A DNA stretch of 64,000 nt, taken from positions 1,674,001-1,738,000 of the forward strand of contig CM052849.1 in NCBI GenBank assembly GCA_028534125.1, read 5' to 3'. The notes beneath the pieces were generated by a model, which worked only from the letters and a program-made list of their open reading frames with translations, did no database searches and was not told where the DNA came from. Below, piece after piece: positions 49,601-60,259 of this stretch. Origin of the DNA: Lama glama (lineage: Eukaryota). Positions within the stretch are counted from its first letter, which is position 1. Each line of letters opens with the position of its first letter. Position numbers and translations under genes: made by a program.

Positions 49601-52600
49601 GTGGAGATGTTCGGGACCCTAAGCTAGCTATAATCTTGTAACGTGACAGTGGCCTTTGGGCAGCCTTTCCAGCTCCAAGGAAGGGCCCTGGCCCCCGGCA
49701 GAAGCAGCAGGTTGCTGATGTTGGGGGACATGCTGGAGCCTCGAGGGGCCACACCACCCAACTCTCTTTCTGCCTCTTGTGCCCCAGCTGGGGTTGGCTG
49801 ACCAGGCATTAGGACGAGAGCCTGTGGCCTCCTGCTTCCCAGTCAACTCCCCAGCCTGAGACCAGCCTCGGCTCTCCTGTTGTGCGAGGATGCGCACCAG
49901 AGGGGAGCCCTTCTGCGGTCAGGATGCTGGGTGTGCCTCGCCTTGCTGCAGGCGAAGAGGAGCAGGTGGGGGTGGGGTTTGGGGCCCCACTTGAGGTTGG
50001 ACAGGGAGGCCCGGCAGAGCAGGCCCTGGAGTCAGGGATCTGAGTGCCAGTCCCAGTCCTTCCCCTCACTTGCTTGGCAATGTCTCTGAGCCCCAGCTTC
50101 CTCAGCTGTAGTACATCTCTGAGCCCCAGCTTCCTCAGCTGTAGGACTGGGCAATGTTCTCGTGGGTGGTAAACAAAGGTCCTTGTCTTCTAGATCAGGG
50201 CCCCCCAGGTCATCGGGGCTGGCGGGGGGGCAGGCGGTGCCGCATAGCAGGAGGAGCCCGGGTCGGGGGCAGTCACCCTGACTCTCTCCAGCCGTGGTGT
50301 GGCTTCAAGAGAGACCCCTGCACCAAGCAGCCTGTTAGGCGGACCTGCTGCCAGCTGGACCGGGAGCGAAGCCGAGGGTCGGCACTTCCTGTGTGTGAGG
50401 TTAGGGGTCCCGCCTCAGCCGCTCCAGAAATCAGCCCTGGCCAGTGCTTACTTGGCGTGAGATTTGGAAGAGATTTAGGAAAATAGCTCCAGCTTGACAA
50501 TTAATCATTATCTTAACAATTAGCTTAGCGTGGGAGGACCCTCGCTTTCTGCAGGATGTGCTGCCTGTCACCTCTGATGCTGGAGCCAGAAAGAGCCTTG
50601 CGGGCGGGGTTCTCCAGCCAGCCTGTGGCCGTGCCAATCTGGGCACCCCTTACATTGCCCTGGTCCCTGTGGTGGGCACCAGGAGACACGTGTGAGCGAT
50701 GGAACAGCGGAGGGTCCCATGGGGACCTGGCCTTGGTGGGGGGAGGCCTTCCCGAGGGGCAAAGCTCAGCCAGTGTCTTAGGGGTGTGTTGGAGCTCACG
50801 GGGGTGGGCAGGCCAGCCACGGTCAGGAGAGCGGGAGCGACCATCCATCCTCACCTGCCATGCTGTCACCCTCACCGTCCGTGTTGTGTCCCATCCGTGC
50901 TTGTCCTCGCCCGCTCGCCTACCTTTCTCCACCAATATTGCCCGTGCTGCCCCAACCCGCCCACACTGCTCTCCAGGCTGCCTCTGCTCGCACTGTCTCA
51001 GCTCGCTTCGGGGACCGAGCTGACCGCATGCTGACCCTCAGTCCGGCTCCCTGCTTCCCCGTGACCCGGAGCGCCGCCACCCGCTGGTCCTGTGGTTTGG
51101 AGGGTGTGTGTTTGATGTGCTTGGCTTCTGCCCACGGCCCATCTTCCTGGTTCTGGCCAGACACACGTGCAGTGCTGGCCTCCCCACACGGTCTGCCCTC
51201 CTGTCCGGCCAGTAGCTCAGCCCTATATTTCCATTGCTTTGTTCTTTCTTGGTTAAAAAAGTAACAGAGACCTGAGACTCTGAGATGCCACCTTGCCTTA
51301 CAAGGATGGTGTGTGAAAGCACTCACTGTATGTAGGGTCCAGGGTGCTCTGTGGTGGGCCCCAGGGACCATCTCCATGTGAGCTCAGGTTGTCAGGGGTG
51401 TTCCCATAGGGTGGGACTGGTGCTGGGCCAGGGAAGGAGTCTGTCAGAGGGCAGAGCCTATCACCTTCTTTGTTTTCTCCTTCATTCTCATCTTTTAAAA
51501 AACATCTTCAGGCTGTAGCTGGTCATGGCATTTTCGCCCTAATTGTGCTACCTGGTGAGATCTGTGTGTCCCTGGGGCAATGTTTGGTGCCAAGTGGGAG
51601 TGCTGTGAGCTGGCTCTGGGGTTGGGTGCATTGGGAGGACTTCCTGGAGGAGGTGGGCCTCCAGAGAGGCCTGCAGGGTCATTTTGGGGGAGGGGCAATG
51701 GGAGCAAAAACACAGAGGTTGGAGAGTCCTGTGGTATTTAGATGCCAAGGTGACCACTTAGGTGAAGAGAGACCTGGAGGGGAGGGAGCTTGGGAGCCAG
51801 CTGGGCCCGAGCAGAGTCTTCCCTGTGGACAGCAGGGGAGTGCTGTGGTTTTGGGGTCTCTCTCTCTGGCTCTAAGAAGGGCAGGTTTCCCCAGTCGTCC
51901 TTTGTTGGAAGAGGAACCTGGGACCCTCATCAGGTAGCTGTGGGATGCCGCTTTGCTTTCCTGGCATCAGCGTCGAGAGCAGCTGCCCAGGCCTCTCTGG
52001 TCAGCATCTAGCTGGCCCGGGGAGCAGAGTGGTGTGTGGTGGGGGTGTGGCCAGGGGGCGCGCAGTGAGACCATCTCTCCATGCTGGGCATCGGGGCCCG
52101 GGCTTCTGGTGTCTCTTCCTGTGTGCGTCTGTTCCTTCTCCTTGGCCTGCAGGGCACCCGCCCCACAGCCAGCCTCACTCCAGGGGGCGAGTCCTTTCCC
52201 AGTGGTCATCAGGGACCACATGAGCAGATTTTATCCGACTGAAACATTTCTCAAAATATTGATTCCACCCAAATTTACTGCTCTTAGAAACCTGTGGTTT
52301 TCTGGTTGGCAGAACATTCGTGATCTTTTTAGGGTTCACTAGCCAGAGTTGCTGCATTTTTGATCACATGACCACATGCTTTTTTCCTCAAAATGTCATG
52401 GAGTTGAGCTAATGAACTAGGTGGCTGTGAACCCTTTCTAGTCATCCTGCTGGAGCCAGTGGAGAAAACACAACAGGAAACTTCTGTCTTGTCACGAGAG
52501 AACTCTTTTAGGCTGGTCTGGAAATCCTGAGTGTCCAGGGGATTTGAATTGAGTCAAATCTGCATAAGGAAAGACCTGGTGAGACAGGCCAGCTGTGACC

Positions 52601-55600
52601 TCTGCACCCTGCTCCGTTCCCTGACACCGGGCTGTGGGCCCACCTGGAGCAGAGGGCTGAGGAGCAGCCGTCAGACTGGTGCGCGTCCCTCTAAGAATGC
52701 TGCGAAGGGGTGGAGCAGCCCGAGGCATGGAAGTGAACGCTCCAGGGATTCACAGTGAGAGTGGACTGTTTATAACCGGGCCTCACTAGTAATTAGTGGG
52801 AGCAGGTCTTGTGTGGATGGGCTTCTGGAAGAAGAAGAGGGCTGCCTGCTGGGGCTACCCTCTTTCCTGCAGGGGCCTGGGCAGTGGCTGGTCCCCAGGG
52901 GCCCGCCTGTCCTGGGCGGAGTCAGGCTCTGCAACTGAGCGGCCCCGCGGCAGGACAGGGGCCAGGACACCCTCAGTGTGGGCCCCTCCATGGCCCCACA
53001 TGCTGGCTGAGGTGGTAGGGGGAACACAGCCATGAGTGCCAGCCATGCAGGACGGCTCTCTGGTGGCCCTCGATGCTGTTCTAAAGGAGGGTCAGCCGAG
53101 CCCCACAATTCATCCTTGGGGGCAGAGTGCCACCTTCCTGCCCACACCATCCCTGGTGTGTCCGCTGCCTTGCCTGCCCACCTGGTGCCCTCTCTAGGCA
53201 TCAGCAAGTTGGGAGTCAATACCAAACATTGGCTTAGGCCTGGGGGCATATCTGCCTTTCTCCCCGTAGCCTCACTGGCCTCTCGGAGATGATATGTGGT
53301 GGCAACTCACAGGTGGGGCTGGGACTGACCTGTTCAAGGTCATATGGCACGGGCGGCCCCATGTAACTGTGCTTCACCTTTAGAGATGCCAAGTTCAGGA
53401 CAAAGCACAGTTTGTTTTTTAATGGTAACATTTTCTCTCTATTTCTGATTTATTTGTATCTCTGTTTTTTTAAATATAGTGACTGCCTTAGGGCTAAGAA
53501 AGTACATCTCTGCGTGACGCCCGGCACCACACTGCGTGCAGTGAGGGCCACCCCACTCCCGTTCCCTAGCTTCATCCGTTTCGCTTCCCCACGTGCCATG
53601 AATCCACAGGGCACTGCTACCGCTTCTGCTCCGCACAGCAGTCAGTGATGTTTTAGAGAAGGAAGTGGGAAAAAGATGTCTTTTATTTTTATTATTTCTT
53701 TATCTGTTTCTGAGGAACTTTGTATGTTTATGTGGATCCAAGTTTGTCTCGTTTCAGTTTGTTCTACCCGAGGAGCTGTCTTCGGTGGTTCCTGGCTCCG
53801 AGCTGGTGGTAAAGAATCCTCTTAGTTTTTGTTTGCCCGAAAAAGCCTTTGTTTGTCCTTCATTTTTGAGGGGTACTTTCACTGGCTGCAGAAATCTAGG
53901 TTGACAGCTTTTCCTCTCAGCAGTTGTTAAAGATGTTATCCGACTTGCATGGCTTCTGTCTGTGTTGTTCTCAACTCTTCCTCCATGTGTGACATGTCTC
54001 TCTCCACCGTCAAGAGTTTCTCTGTATCTTTGGATTTCAGCAGTTTTAATATGATGCATCCAGGTGTGATTTTTTTTCCCCCTAACGTGTGTGGGGGAAG
54101 TCCTTGCCTTGCTTTGTGTTGTCTGAGATTTTTGGTGATTTGATGTCTTTCATTGTTTTTGGAAAATTCTGTCATTATCTCTTAAAATACTTGTCCTGTT
54201 TCTGACTCATCTCTTTCTGGGATCCAGTTAGTAAGTGAGCATTTGGGTGCTCTGTTCTCGTCACTGCCCCCCCCCCAGCCCCCTGCACTCTTTTTCTCTT
54301 GGTTTGGATTATTTCTACTGACCTGCCTTCAGGTTTTGATTTTTTCCTCTTAACTGTGTCAAGTCTGCTGAGAAGCTTGACAAGGGGCATTCTTCGTCTC
54401 TGTTATCCACTGTTTTTTATTTCTGGTGTCTCCGTTTGATTCTTGCCTGGTTCCCTCTTACTCCTTGAATTCCCCCTTTGTTCGTGGGTGTGTCCACCTT
54501 TCCTGCTGGAGCCTGTAGCACGCTCATCAGGTTTATGAGTTGTGTTGTCTTAGTTGCTCTAAGTTCGCAGTCAGTAGTTCCAGCATCCGGGCCATCTCTG
54601 AGCCTGGTTCTGGTGATTACTTTGTATCCTGACAGTGCTCTTTCCTTCTGCACACGCGTGTGCGTCTTACACTGTTCATGTTGAAAACTGACATCGTGTG
54701 TAGAACAGAAGAGACTGAAGGAACTAATCCTTATGCCTGGAGTGGGCTTCCTTTGTCCCTAGGCCGGAGGAAGGAAAGTGAGTTTGACAAGGCAGAAGCT
54801 GAGCTGGGCTGGGTTCTATTGTTGCTGTGGTTCCGCTCAGTGTCCCCCGGCCTCCAGGTCCTCTGGTCTGACCTTGTACTCGGTACTCAGAGAGGGTGGG
54901 TTTGCTGGAAGGTTCCTGCCCTGCTTCTGCCAGCCTGGGTTGGGGTGTGGCTGCTTCTCTGTCATCTGAGTCTGACCTCGGACCTCGGCAGACTGTCCAT
55001 GTCTCAAGGTGGGCGGCCTGGAGTGTTTGGGCCTTGGGTGGTTCCCAGCCCCTCCCTCAGGGTCGGCCTTTTCTTTTCCGTTCTGCAGTGGTCTTCACCT
55101 GTCCCCTGCTGCCCCTCCCCTGGTGGCTTAAGGCTTTTGTTCCCCTGGGGAGAAGGGTCCAGCCGGGGCTCCATGCACTGCGTGCAGCCACCCCTTTTCT
55201 CCAGGCCTGCACCCCAGGAGGGTCATCCAGTCTCTCTCCCACCCCGCCCTTCCTCGTAAGCACCTGCGGAGGCCCATGGGTGCCCCCTGCCTGGCGTCTG
55301 TGCCTCCCAGGGGTCTGTACTCCCACCGTAGTCCTCACATGCCCTTCAGCAACTGGTTAAGCGTTTGTGCTGAGCACTTGCCTGCTTGGTTGTGTGCGCC
55401 TGTTACAGCAGAAACATGATCCGCTGGTGTGTAATTCGCTTCTGCGTCTCTCTCAACTCCACGCTCAGACACACCGCACTGGCAACTCGAAATCGGCCTT
55501 GGTGGGAGTATTCACACCAAAGAAATCAGTAAATGCTACAAATGCCGGCTTTTTCCCGAGGGCCAATTATTACACATTGACCAGAACACCACTCTTTGGG

Positions 55601-58163
55601 GAAACCCCAGGAAGGTGACCATGGAGGTTGGTGCTTCTAGTGAGTGGCTTGGTGGCCTACAGGATGGGTCTGCAAGGCCGGATCAGAGTGGCCTTGTGCA
55701 GGCCGTCCCCTCTGCTCTGCAGGGCAGTCACTAGGCCTCCGACAGGGGACTCACCCTGGGAGGCCCCCCATCCTGCAGGTATGGGGGTTCATGCTGCTGC
55801 CCCTCCCCTCTCCCAACAGAGCGCAGCCAGGACAGCACGGCTGTGGCACTCTCAGACTCCAGCTCAACACAGGACTTCTTCAGCGAGCCCACCAGCTCCC
55901 TGGAGGGTTCCCGGAAGCCCTGCGCAGAAAGGAGGCTGCCCGTTCCCGGTTCCCAAGCAGGACTGCTCGGTAAAGACTTTCTGGGAACCAGAGAGGAGGG
56001 AGGTGTGGAGATCTGGCCCGGGTGTTAGAGGGACTGCTTGAACACCTGAGCAGCCTGGGTAACTCGGCCTCCGTCCCCATGGCCCTGCCTGTTGTCTTGG
56101 GACCTCAGCTGACCAAGTTTCTTACCTCCCTGGGCCTTCACTATTTCCCTGTAGGCTGGGAGTGATTCCCCAGGCCTGCTCCTGGGGTTGTGAGAGTAAA
56201 GATGGCGCCAGGAACGTGGTGAGCCCCAGCAACCCTGTCCTTGTGGTTATGACCACCGCAGCCCCGGGGGAGAGCCAAGTCTTTGGATCCTAAGTGTCAC
56301 AAATGTGCTTTCTTTTTGGTCTGAATCCCCCCCTTTTTTTTTTGGTGGGGAGCCCTGATCTGGTCCTGGGGTGTGCCCAGCTCCAATGGGATCCCCAGGC
56401 CCCATTGTGGAAGTCAGTGGGCAGAGCCCTCTCCCAGGCTTGCTGGCAGGGAGGTTGCAGGTAGGCTAGGCATTCCTGGCGCTGCCCTGAGGCCTGGCTG
56501 GTCTGGCTGCCGAGGATATTGAAGGCTTTCCCATCAGGTGCCTGCTGGACATCAGTAACTAAACATCCAAGCCTCCAGCCACCCTGGGGAAAAACACTGA
56601 CTGGTCCCTTCTCCAGGAGAAGAACCTGAGGTTCAGAGAGGCTCAGTCTGCCTCTCCAGGTGTGCTGGAAGGACAGGTGGGGTTGGGGATCACCTGTCCC
56701 CTTGGGCCCAGGTCTGGCCCCAGCCAGTCCCCGCACAGGCCCTGGATGGGAGAGTCGGGGTTTGGGGGCTCCCGTGTGGGTATGGTGCTAGGGAAGGGCT
56801 CCCGCAGCTCTCTGTTCCTTGCCGGCCTCTCCAGCTGGCCTTAGAAGGAGGTGAAGCCACATCCCCTGTAGGTTGGGAAAGGTGTTCCTGTTAGGGTCTG
56901 GGAAGGGGCTGAACAGGCCTGTGGGTGTTGAAGCCCTGGGTCCCGCTTTTTCACTGGGCAGTCATTGTATTGCCCCAAACTGACGCTGACCCTCTGCGGC
57001 TGACAGGCATACTGTCAGGGGCTAGGGGTGGGGCATGCAGCCATGCTCCCAGTTCGGCCCATGTCCAGTCTTAGAGACGAGATCCTTCTCACCGGTAGAC
57101 GGTGAGGCCTGTCGTGTAGACCTGGGCCATCGAGTAGTGAAGTCTGCCATATAGGGGATCCTCAGGGCCTCTCTCCAGCCTGCTTGTGGGCTGTACAGAG
57201 CCCGGTGTGTGCACGGCTTTCCAGACACAGAGCGGCCCATCCCGCCTCTTCCCTTCAGTTCAGAGCACGCAGGGCTGGCCCTGGTAAAGGTTAGGGTGGA
57301 ACAAGTCACTGCAGTCTCCAGAGGCCTTGACATGAAGCCTCTTGCTTCCGTGGACCTATTTCTCCCTTCCAAGCCCTCTTCCCGGTCACCACGTTGGTGA
57401 AGGTGATAACATTCCTGTTGAGATGTGGGTGCTGCAGGGGATGGGTCCAGAGCCCTCACCCAGCAGACAGCGCAGGGGGCTGGGCAAGTGCCCCCCAGGC
57501 TTGGTCTGATGGGGTGGTCTCTGACACCATTGCTGCGCTCCTGGTGGGCAGCAGCCCCAGCCCCGAGTGGGCTCCTCTCCCTCACCTGCCAGGCGCATCC
57601 TTGTGGGCGGCTCTGCCACCAGCCTACTGCTCCCTCGTCAGTGCTCCAGGGCGCAAGCCCACGTCCGGCCATGAGCAGCGGGTAACGGCGCCCAGGTCAG
57701 TGCCAGTTGCTGGTGCTGCAGGGAAGCAGAGGCAGCCCTGACAGTGGAGCCTGGCCCTGCCTGGGCACGGGCCCCACTCTGCCGAGGGCCTGAGCCTGAG
57801 ACGACTGTCTTTCCCTTGTTCTCAGCTCTAGGGAAAGCCGAGGAGTCCTTGGAGAGCACGGAGGGCTTCCAGGCCACAGAGCAGGGCAGCCAGAAGCCCA
57901 CTGCAGACCCTCCAGCCTCCGCTGGGGTCCCCGCCAAGCCCCCAGCGTCTGCACCCTCCCCATGGGATGGGAGGAAGAGAGCAGAGCCCCTTGGGGAGCC
58001 GGCGCCCTTCCCCCAGGGGCTGCCGGCAGGTGCCGAGGAGCAGCGCCAGTTCCTGACAGAGCAGTGCATCGCCTCCTTCCGCCTGTGCCTCAGCCGCTTC
58101 CCCCAGCACTACAAGAGCCTCTACCGGCTGGCGTTCCTCTACACCCACAGCAAGACCCACCGG
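10620..58163 (+). CDS. CABIN1: Calcineurin-binding protein cabin-1, 3'-partial (coding exons 2-28; exon 26 in N gap; remaining exons beyond the window)
   Basis: Phase-consistent GT-AG exons translate to [21 protein letters not shown]...TPR-rich region...[10 protein letters not shown], collinear with recalled human CABIN1. Confidence 0.98.
11106..11198 (+). CDS. CABIN1: CABIN1 exon 3
   Basis: [31 protein letters not shown], 93 nt, AG/GT. Confidence 0.96.
12262..12375 (+). CDS. CABIN1: CABIN1 exon 4
   Basis: [20 protein letters not shown]...LLRE, 114 nt. Confidence 0.96.
14852..14986 (+). CDS. CABIN1: CABIN1 exon 5
   Basis: [16 protein letters not shown]...MEFYLE, 135 nt. Confidence 0.96.
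15689..15869 (+). CDS. CABIN1: CABIN1 exon 6
   Basis: [16 protein letters not shown]...LSDYT, 181 nt. Confidence 0.96.
18156..18285 (+). CDS. CABIN1: CABIN1 exon 7
   Basis: [18 protein letters not shown]...RMFLK, 130 nt. Confidence 0.96.
19574..19723 (+). CDS. CABIN1: CABIN1 exon 8
   Basis: [18 protein letters not shown]...QPIPFF, 150 nt, symmetric phase 2-2. Confidence 0.95.
20570..20750. repeat. Degenerate (CACAA)n/CA-rich low-complexity tract
   Basis: cacaacacg, acacaacaca, gacacaacacag repeated imperfectly. Confidence 0.7.
21177..21466 (+). CDS. CABIN1: CABIN1 exon 9
   Basis: [23 protein letters not shown]...ETGIPT, 290 nt. Confidence 0.95.
22453..22621 (+). CDS. CABIN1: CABIN1 exon 10
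   Basis: [16 protein letters not shown]...KFLPS, 169 nt. Confidence 0.96.
24505..24641 (+). CDS. CABIN1: CABIN1 exon 11
   Basis: [21 protein letters not shown]...ATFMEA, 137 nt. Confidence 0.95.
25084..25301 (+). CDS. CABIN1: CABIN1 exon 12
   Basis: [16 protein letters not shown]...CSNQHIK, 218 nt. Confidence 0.95.
26370..26448 (+). CDS. CABIN1: CABIN1 exon 13
   Basis: [26 protein letters not shown], 79 nt. Confidence 0.95.
26981..27168 (+). CDS. CABIN1: CABIN1 exon 14
   Basis: SPRNCP...[11 protein letters not shown], 188 nt. Confidence 0.96.
27735..27800 (-). mobile_element. L2 3' end relic
   Basis: attcattcaacagatgcttaccgagccccagctacatgcc. Confidence 0.6.
27906..28058 (+). CDS. CABIN1: CABIN1 exon 15
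   Basis: [11 protein letters not shown]...VVSLEE, 153 nt. Confidence 0.96.
28911..29105 (+). CDS. CABIN1: CABIN1 exon 16
   Basis: [16 protein letters not shown]...AQLLLLQ, 195 nt. Confidence 0.96.
30566..30808 (+). CDS. CABIN1: CABIN1 exon 17
   Basis: [15 protein letters not shown]...LTNNLIQ, 243 nt. Confidence 0.96.
31471..31627 (+). CDS. CABIN1: CABIN1 exon 18
   Basis: [11 protein letters not shown]...QNPADE, 157 nt. Confidence 0.95.
34000..34900 (+). mobile_element. Probable ancient L1 ORF1-like/HAL1 relic (approximate)
   Basis: A-rich block with gagactcatttcagatttctcc resembling L1 ORF1 (IRL.SDFS); heavily decayed. Confidence 0.4.
35677..35792 (+). CDS. CABIN1: CABIN1 exon 19
   Basis: [38 protein letters not shown], 116 nt. 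Confidence 0.96.
36500..36640 (+). mobile_element. L2 3' end relic
   Basis: ttgttcactg...cacctagcatagcacccggcacatagcaggtgcttaataagt...tgaatgagtgaatg. Confidence 0.8.
37282..37608 (+). mobile_element. MER58B-like hAT-Charlie element
   Basis: aaacttcttttgtaaaggg...caggctttcaggccacacggtctctgtt...tttcatataattctcacgtgt...gtagtttgc...cccctg. Confidence 0.75.
37640..38330 (-). mobile_element. Old L1 fragment
   Basis: T-rich, with aattttattgaattatgttcagag and gaatttgttgagacttgcttt typical of antisense L1 ORF2. Confidence 0.6.
38738..38899 (+). CDS. CABIN1: CABIN1 exon 20
   Basis: [11 protein letters not shown]...EEHSAQQ, 162 nt. Confidence 0.96.
39164..39345 (-). mobile_element. Vic-1-type SINE with TSD
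   Basis: gaggtactgggaattgaacccaggacc...aagctataccctcccc; T-rich tail; flanking gtttcc(t/a)ttttt on both sides. Confidence 0.85.
39889..40095 (+). CDS. CABIN1: CABIN1 exon 21
   Basis: [17 protein letters not shown]...EGTSTE, 207 nt. Confidence 0.96.
40203..40348 (+). CDS. CABIN1: CABIN1 exon 22
   Basis: [13 protein letters not shown]...DICVCPD, 146 nt. Confidence 0.96.
40612..40680 (-). mobile_element. Very short L1 3' terminal fragment
   Basis: aagtatagtcagttacagtgtgtcagt matches the L1 end at 6915-6960. Confidence 0.55.
43133..43394 (+). CDS. CABIN1: CABIN1 exon 23
   Basis: [16 protein letters not shown]...PELVQQ, 262 nt. Confidence 0.96.
45154..45414 (+). CDS. CABIN1: CABIN1 exon 24
   Basis: [14 protein letters not shown]...AMEALE, 261 nt. 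Confidence 0.96.
46530..46681 (+). CDS. CABIN1: CABIN1 exon 25
   Basis: [14 protein letters not shown]...PKASE(K), 152 nt. Confidence 0.96.
48011..48246. other. Assembly gap (236 N), probably hiding CABIN1 exon 26
   Basis: Run of N preceded by branch-point and acceptor-like ctgacctgcacccca; exons 25 and 27 are out of phase without an intervening exon. Confidence 0.9.
50083..50144. repeat. Perfect 29-bp direct duplication within a MIR relic
   Basis: TCTCTGAGCCCCAGCTTCCTCAGCTGTAG at 50083-50111 and 50116-50144, spacer TACA. Confidence 0.95.
53650..55380 (-). mobile_element. Old LINE-1 5' region/ORF1 relic
   Basis: Minus-strand peptides [49 protein letters not shown] and [22 protein letters not shown] match L1 ORF1p. 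Confidence 0.85.
55420..55595. mobile_element. MER63-like hAT DNA transposon relic
   Basis: gtgggagtattcacacca...gtaaatgctacaaat...ccagaacaccact. Confidence 0.5.
55820..56002 (+). CDS. CABIN1: CABIN1 exon 27
   Basis: [23 protein letters not shown]...TREEG, 183 nt. Confidence 0.93.
57832..58163 (+). CDS. CABIN1: CABIN1 exon 28
   Basis: [12 protein letters not shown]...[20 protein letters not shown], 332 nt, donor GTGAGG. Confidence 0.94.
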
Positions 58164-60259
58164 GTGAGGGGCTGGGGCCGCACCAGGGAGGGGTGGAGGG
58201 AGACCAGGGGTGGGGCGGTGCAGGAGACAGGCTGCCAGAGTGGCCTAGCCTCCTGGTGACAAGGGGCAGTGTGGGATTGTGGAGGGTGGACACGGGGCTG
58301 CTCAGGCTCAGGTACTGACTGGGGTGAGGGTGGAGGGCTGACAGGCTCATCAGGTCTTACCTGCCATGCCCTGGCTGCTTTGGGAGCTTGCCCCATCCTT
58401 TCAGGAGCAGCAGAGCCTGTGCAGGAGCTCTGAGCCTCGGGCAGGAGGGACACTAGCCACCCTCATCCAGGCCTCCTGCTGTGCGAGATGTGTATTAGGG
58501 GAGGAGGAGAAAGTGACAGGATAGGGTGGAGGGAGGTGGGCCCCCCAGAGCCCGTGGGTCAGCCCCTACCTCCCTTCAAATGGCTTTGCTCGAGCGAGCG
58601 TGAGAGTCGCGCATATAAAGGACTCCACACAGCAGGCCCGGGCTGCTGTTACTGCACCCTGTCCCCTCACCGGCCAGACTTTTTGAAAGTGGGAAACAAT
58701 GTTAATGTCAAAATAAAAGGAACATTGGAGCAGGGGCATCCATGGTTCTGTCAGCATAAATCAGAGGCTGTGTGCATGAGGATTTCCTCCCCGCTCAAGC
58801 GCTGCCCAGCTCCTGCTTCAGGCACAGGAGGCGGGTCACATCCTCGCTCCTTGACATCTATGTTGGGGAGCCTGGCCAGGTGACTTCACTGCCCCTGCCC
58901 CTGCTCACAGTCGGCTGTTTTGCCCTTTCCGTGAATTCCTCAGGTCATTTTGGTCCTCTGTGATGGCCCCAGAGGGTTGGTAGACCTGGTGGTGGAGGCA
59001 GAGGCTGCTCAGGCTGCCTACCCCCGGGGCGTGGCACCCTGTTTCTGTGGCTCTCCTGTTGACTCTGTTCCCAGGCTGGCGTCCCTGGTTCTCTGAGGTG
59101 GAGTGCTGGTCTTGAATCTGAGAGAGACCCCTTTCCTGCAGTAACTGTGTGTGGGCACCCGACGTGCCTTGGCGCTGCCAGGCAGCCGGCACCATGGGCC
59201 TGGCCAAGCCCTAGAGGCTCCCCTGGTCCTGGTGCCCCATGCAGCGGCGCCTCATTCCCTTGAGAGCTGGGTCACACAGTTCTGCCCACCAGATATCAGC
59301 TTGTCTGCAGACCTGGGGCACAACCAGAACCATTCAGTGACCAGCAGTGACCACTTTCCAAACACAGCTGTCTGGTAACACGCATTTCCTGCTGGGTGTT
59401 CAACAGCAGTGAATTTCTTCCTAAAGCCTGCCTGTGGGCTTGGCAATGGCATTTTCCTGTTGCCATCTCGTGGCTTGGTGGCTGGCTGGGGCAGAGAGGC
59501 CCCAGTGGGGTTTACCACAGCCCCTCAGGCCTGGCACACATGCCCAGGTGGGCTCTGCTGGCTTGGCTACTGGCTGTAGGATTTGGGAGAGGGGAGGAGG
59601 GTGGGCTCAGCAAGGGAACCAGCAGAGCTCAGGGCTCTTCTCCCGTGACCCTCCCACAGAGCTCTTGTGACAGCAGAGGGTGGCGTGGGTACACCCCAGG
59701 TCCTCTCGCCTTCAGTGGGACCTCCTGCCAGGACCACTGGGCCGCTTCCTCAGTGTCACCATTGCCCGGGGCTCCTACCCTGCCCGAGCCTTCTGAGGGC
59801 TAGTCTGCCCCTGATGGACCCTTGACACCCACCTAAGGCTGACCTCCTGCCCAAGGTTGGCTTTGCTGCATACAACCTCTCTCTCCCCCGATCCCCCAGG
59901 GTAGGCCTGGTGGGCTCCTGAGAGTTGGGGGCACCTGAGGAAGCAGGTTCCCATACACCCTCCACACCCCAGGAAGGTCCCACGTGCCGGAGTCTGGCCA
60001 TAGTTATCACTTGGAATCTCTGAGAGCATGGTTTTGGCCAGGATTTTGAGCCCTGGGCTGTCAGCCTTGCTCATAAAATCCTGGCTCCCTGAGCCCACAT
60101 GGGCACCCAGACACCTTTTATCTTGGGGTCCTGACCTTATCGGGAAGGAGGCTGAAGCCTGGGGGCCTCTGCCTGGGCCCCCAACCCAGTGGGAACCAAG
60201 GCCCCCACCTCCTGCTGCAGGGAATCTGGGACAGAGTGGGTTATAAGACAGTCCCTGGA

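Noticed and set aside
46682-55819. CABIN1 frameshift or pseudogenisation between exons 25 and 27
   Set aside because: Explained by the assembly gap; all other exons are intact
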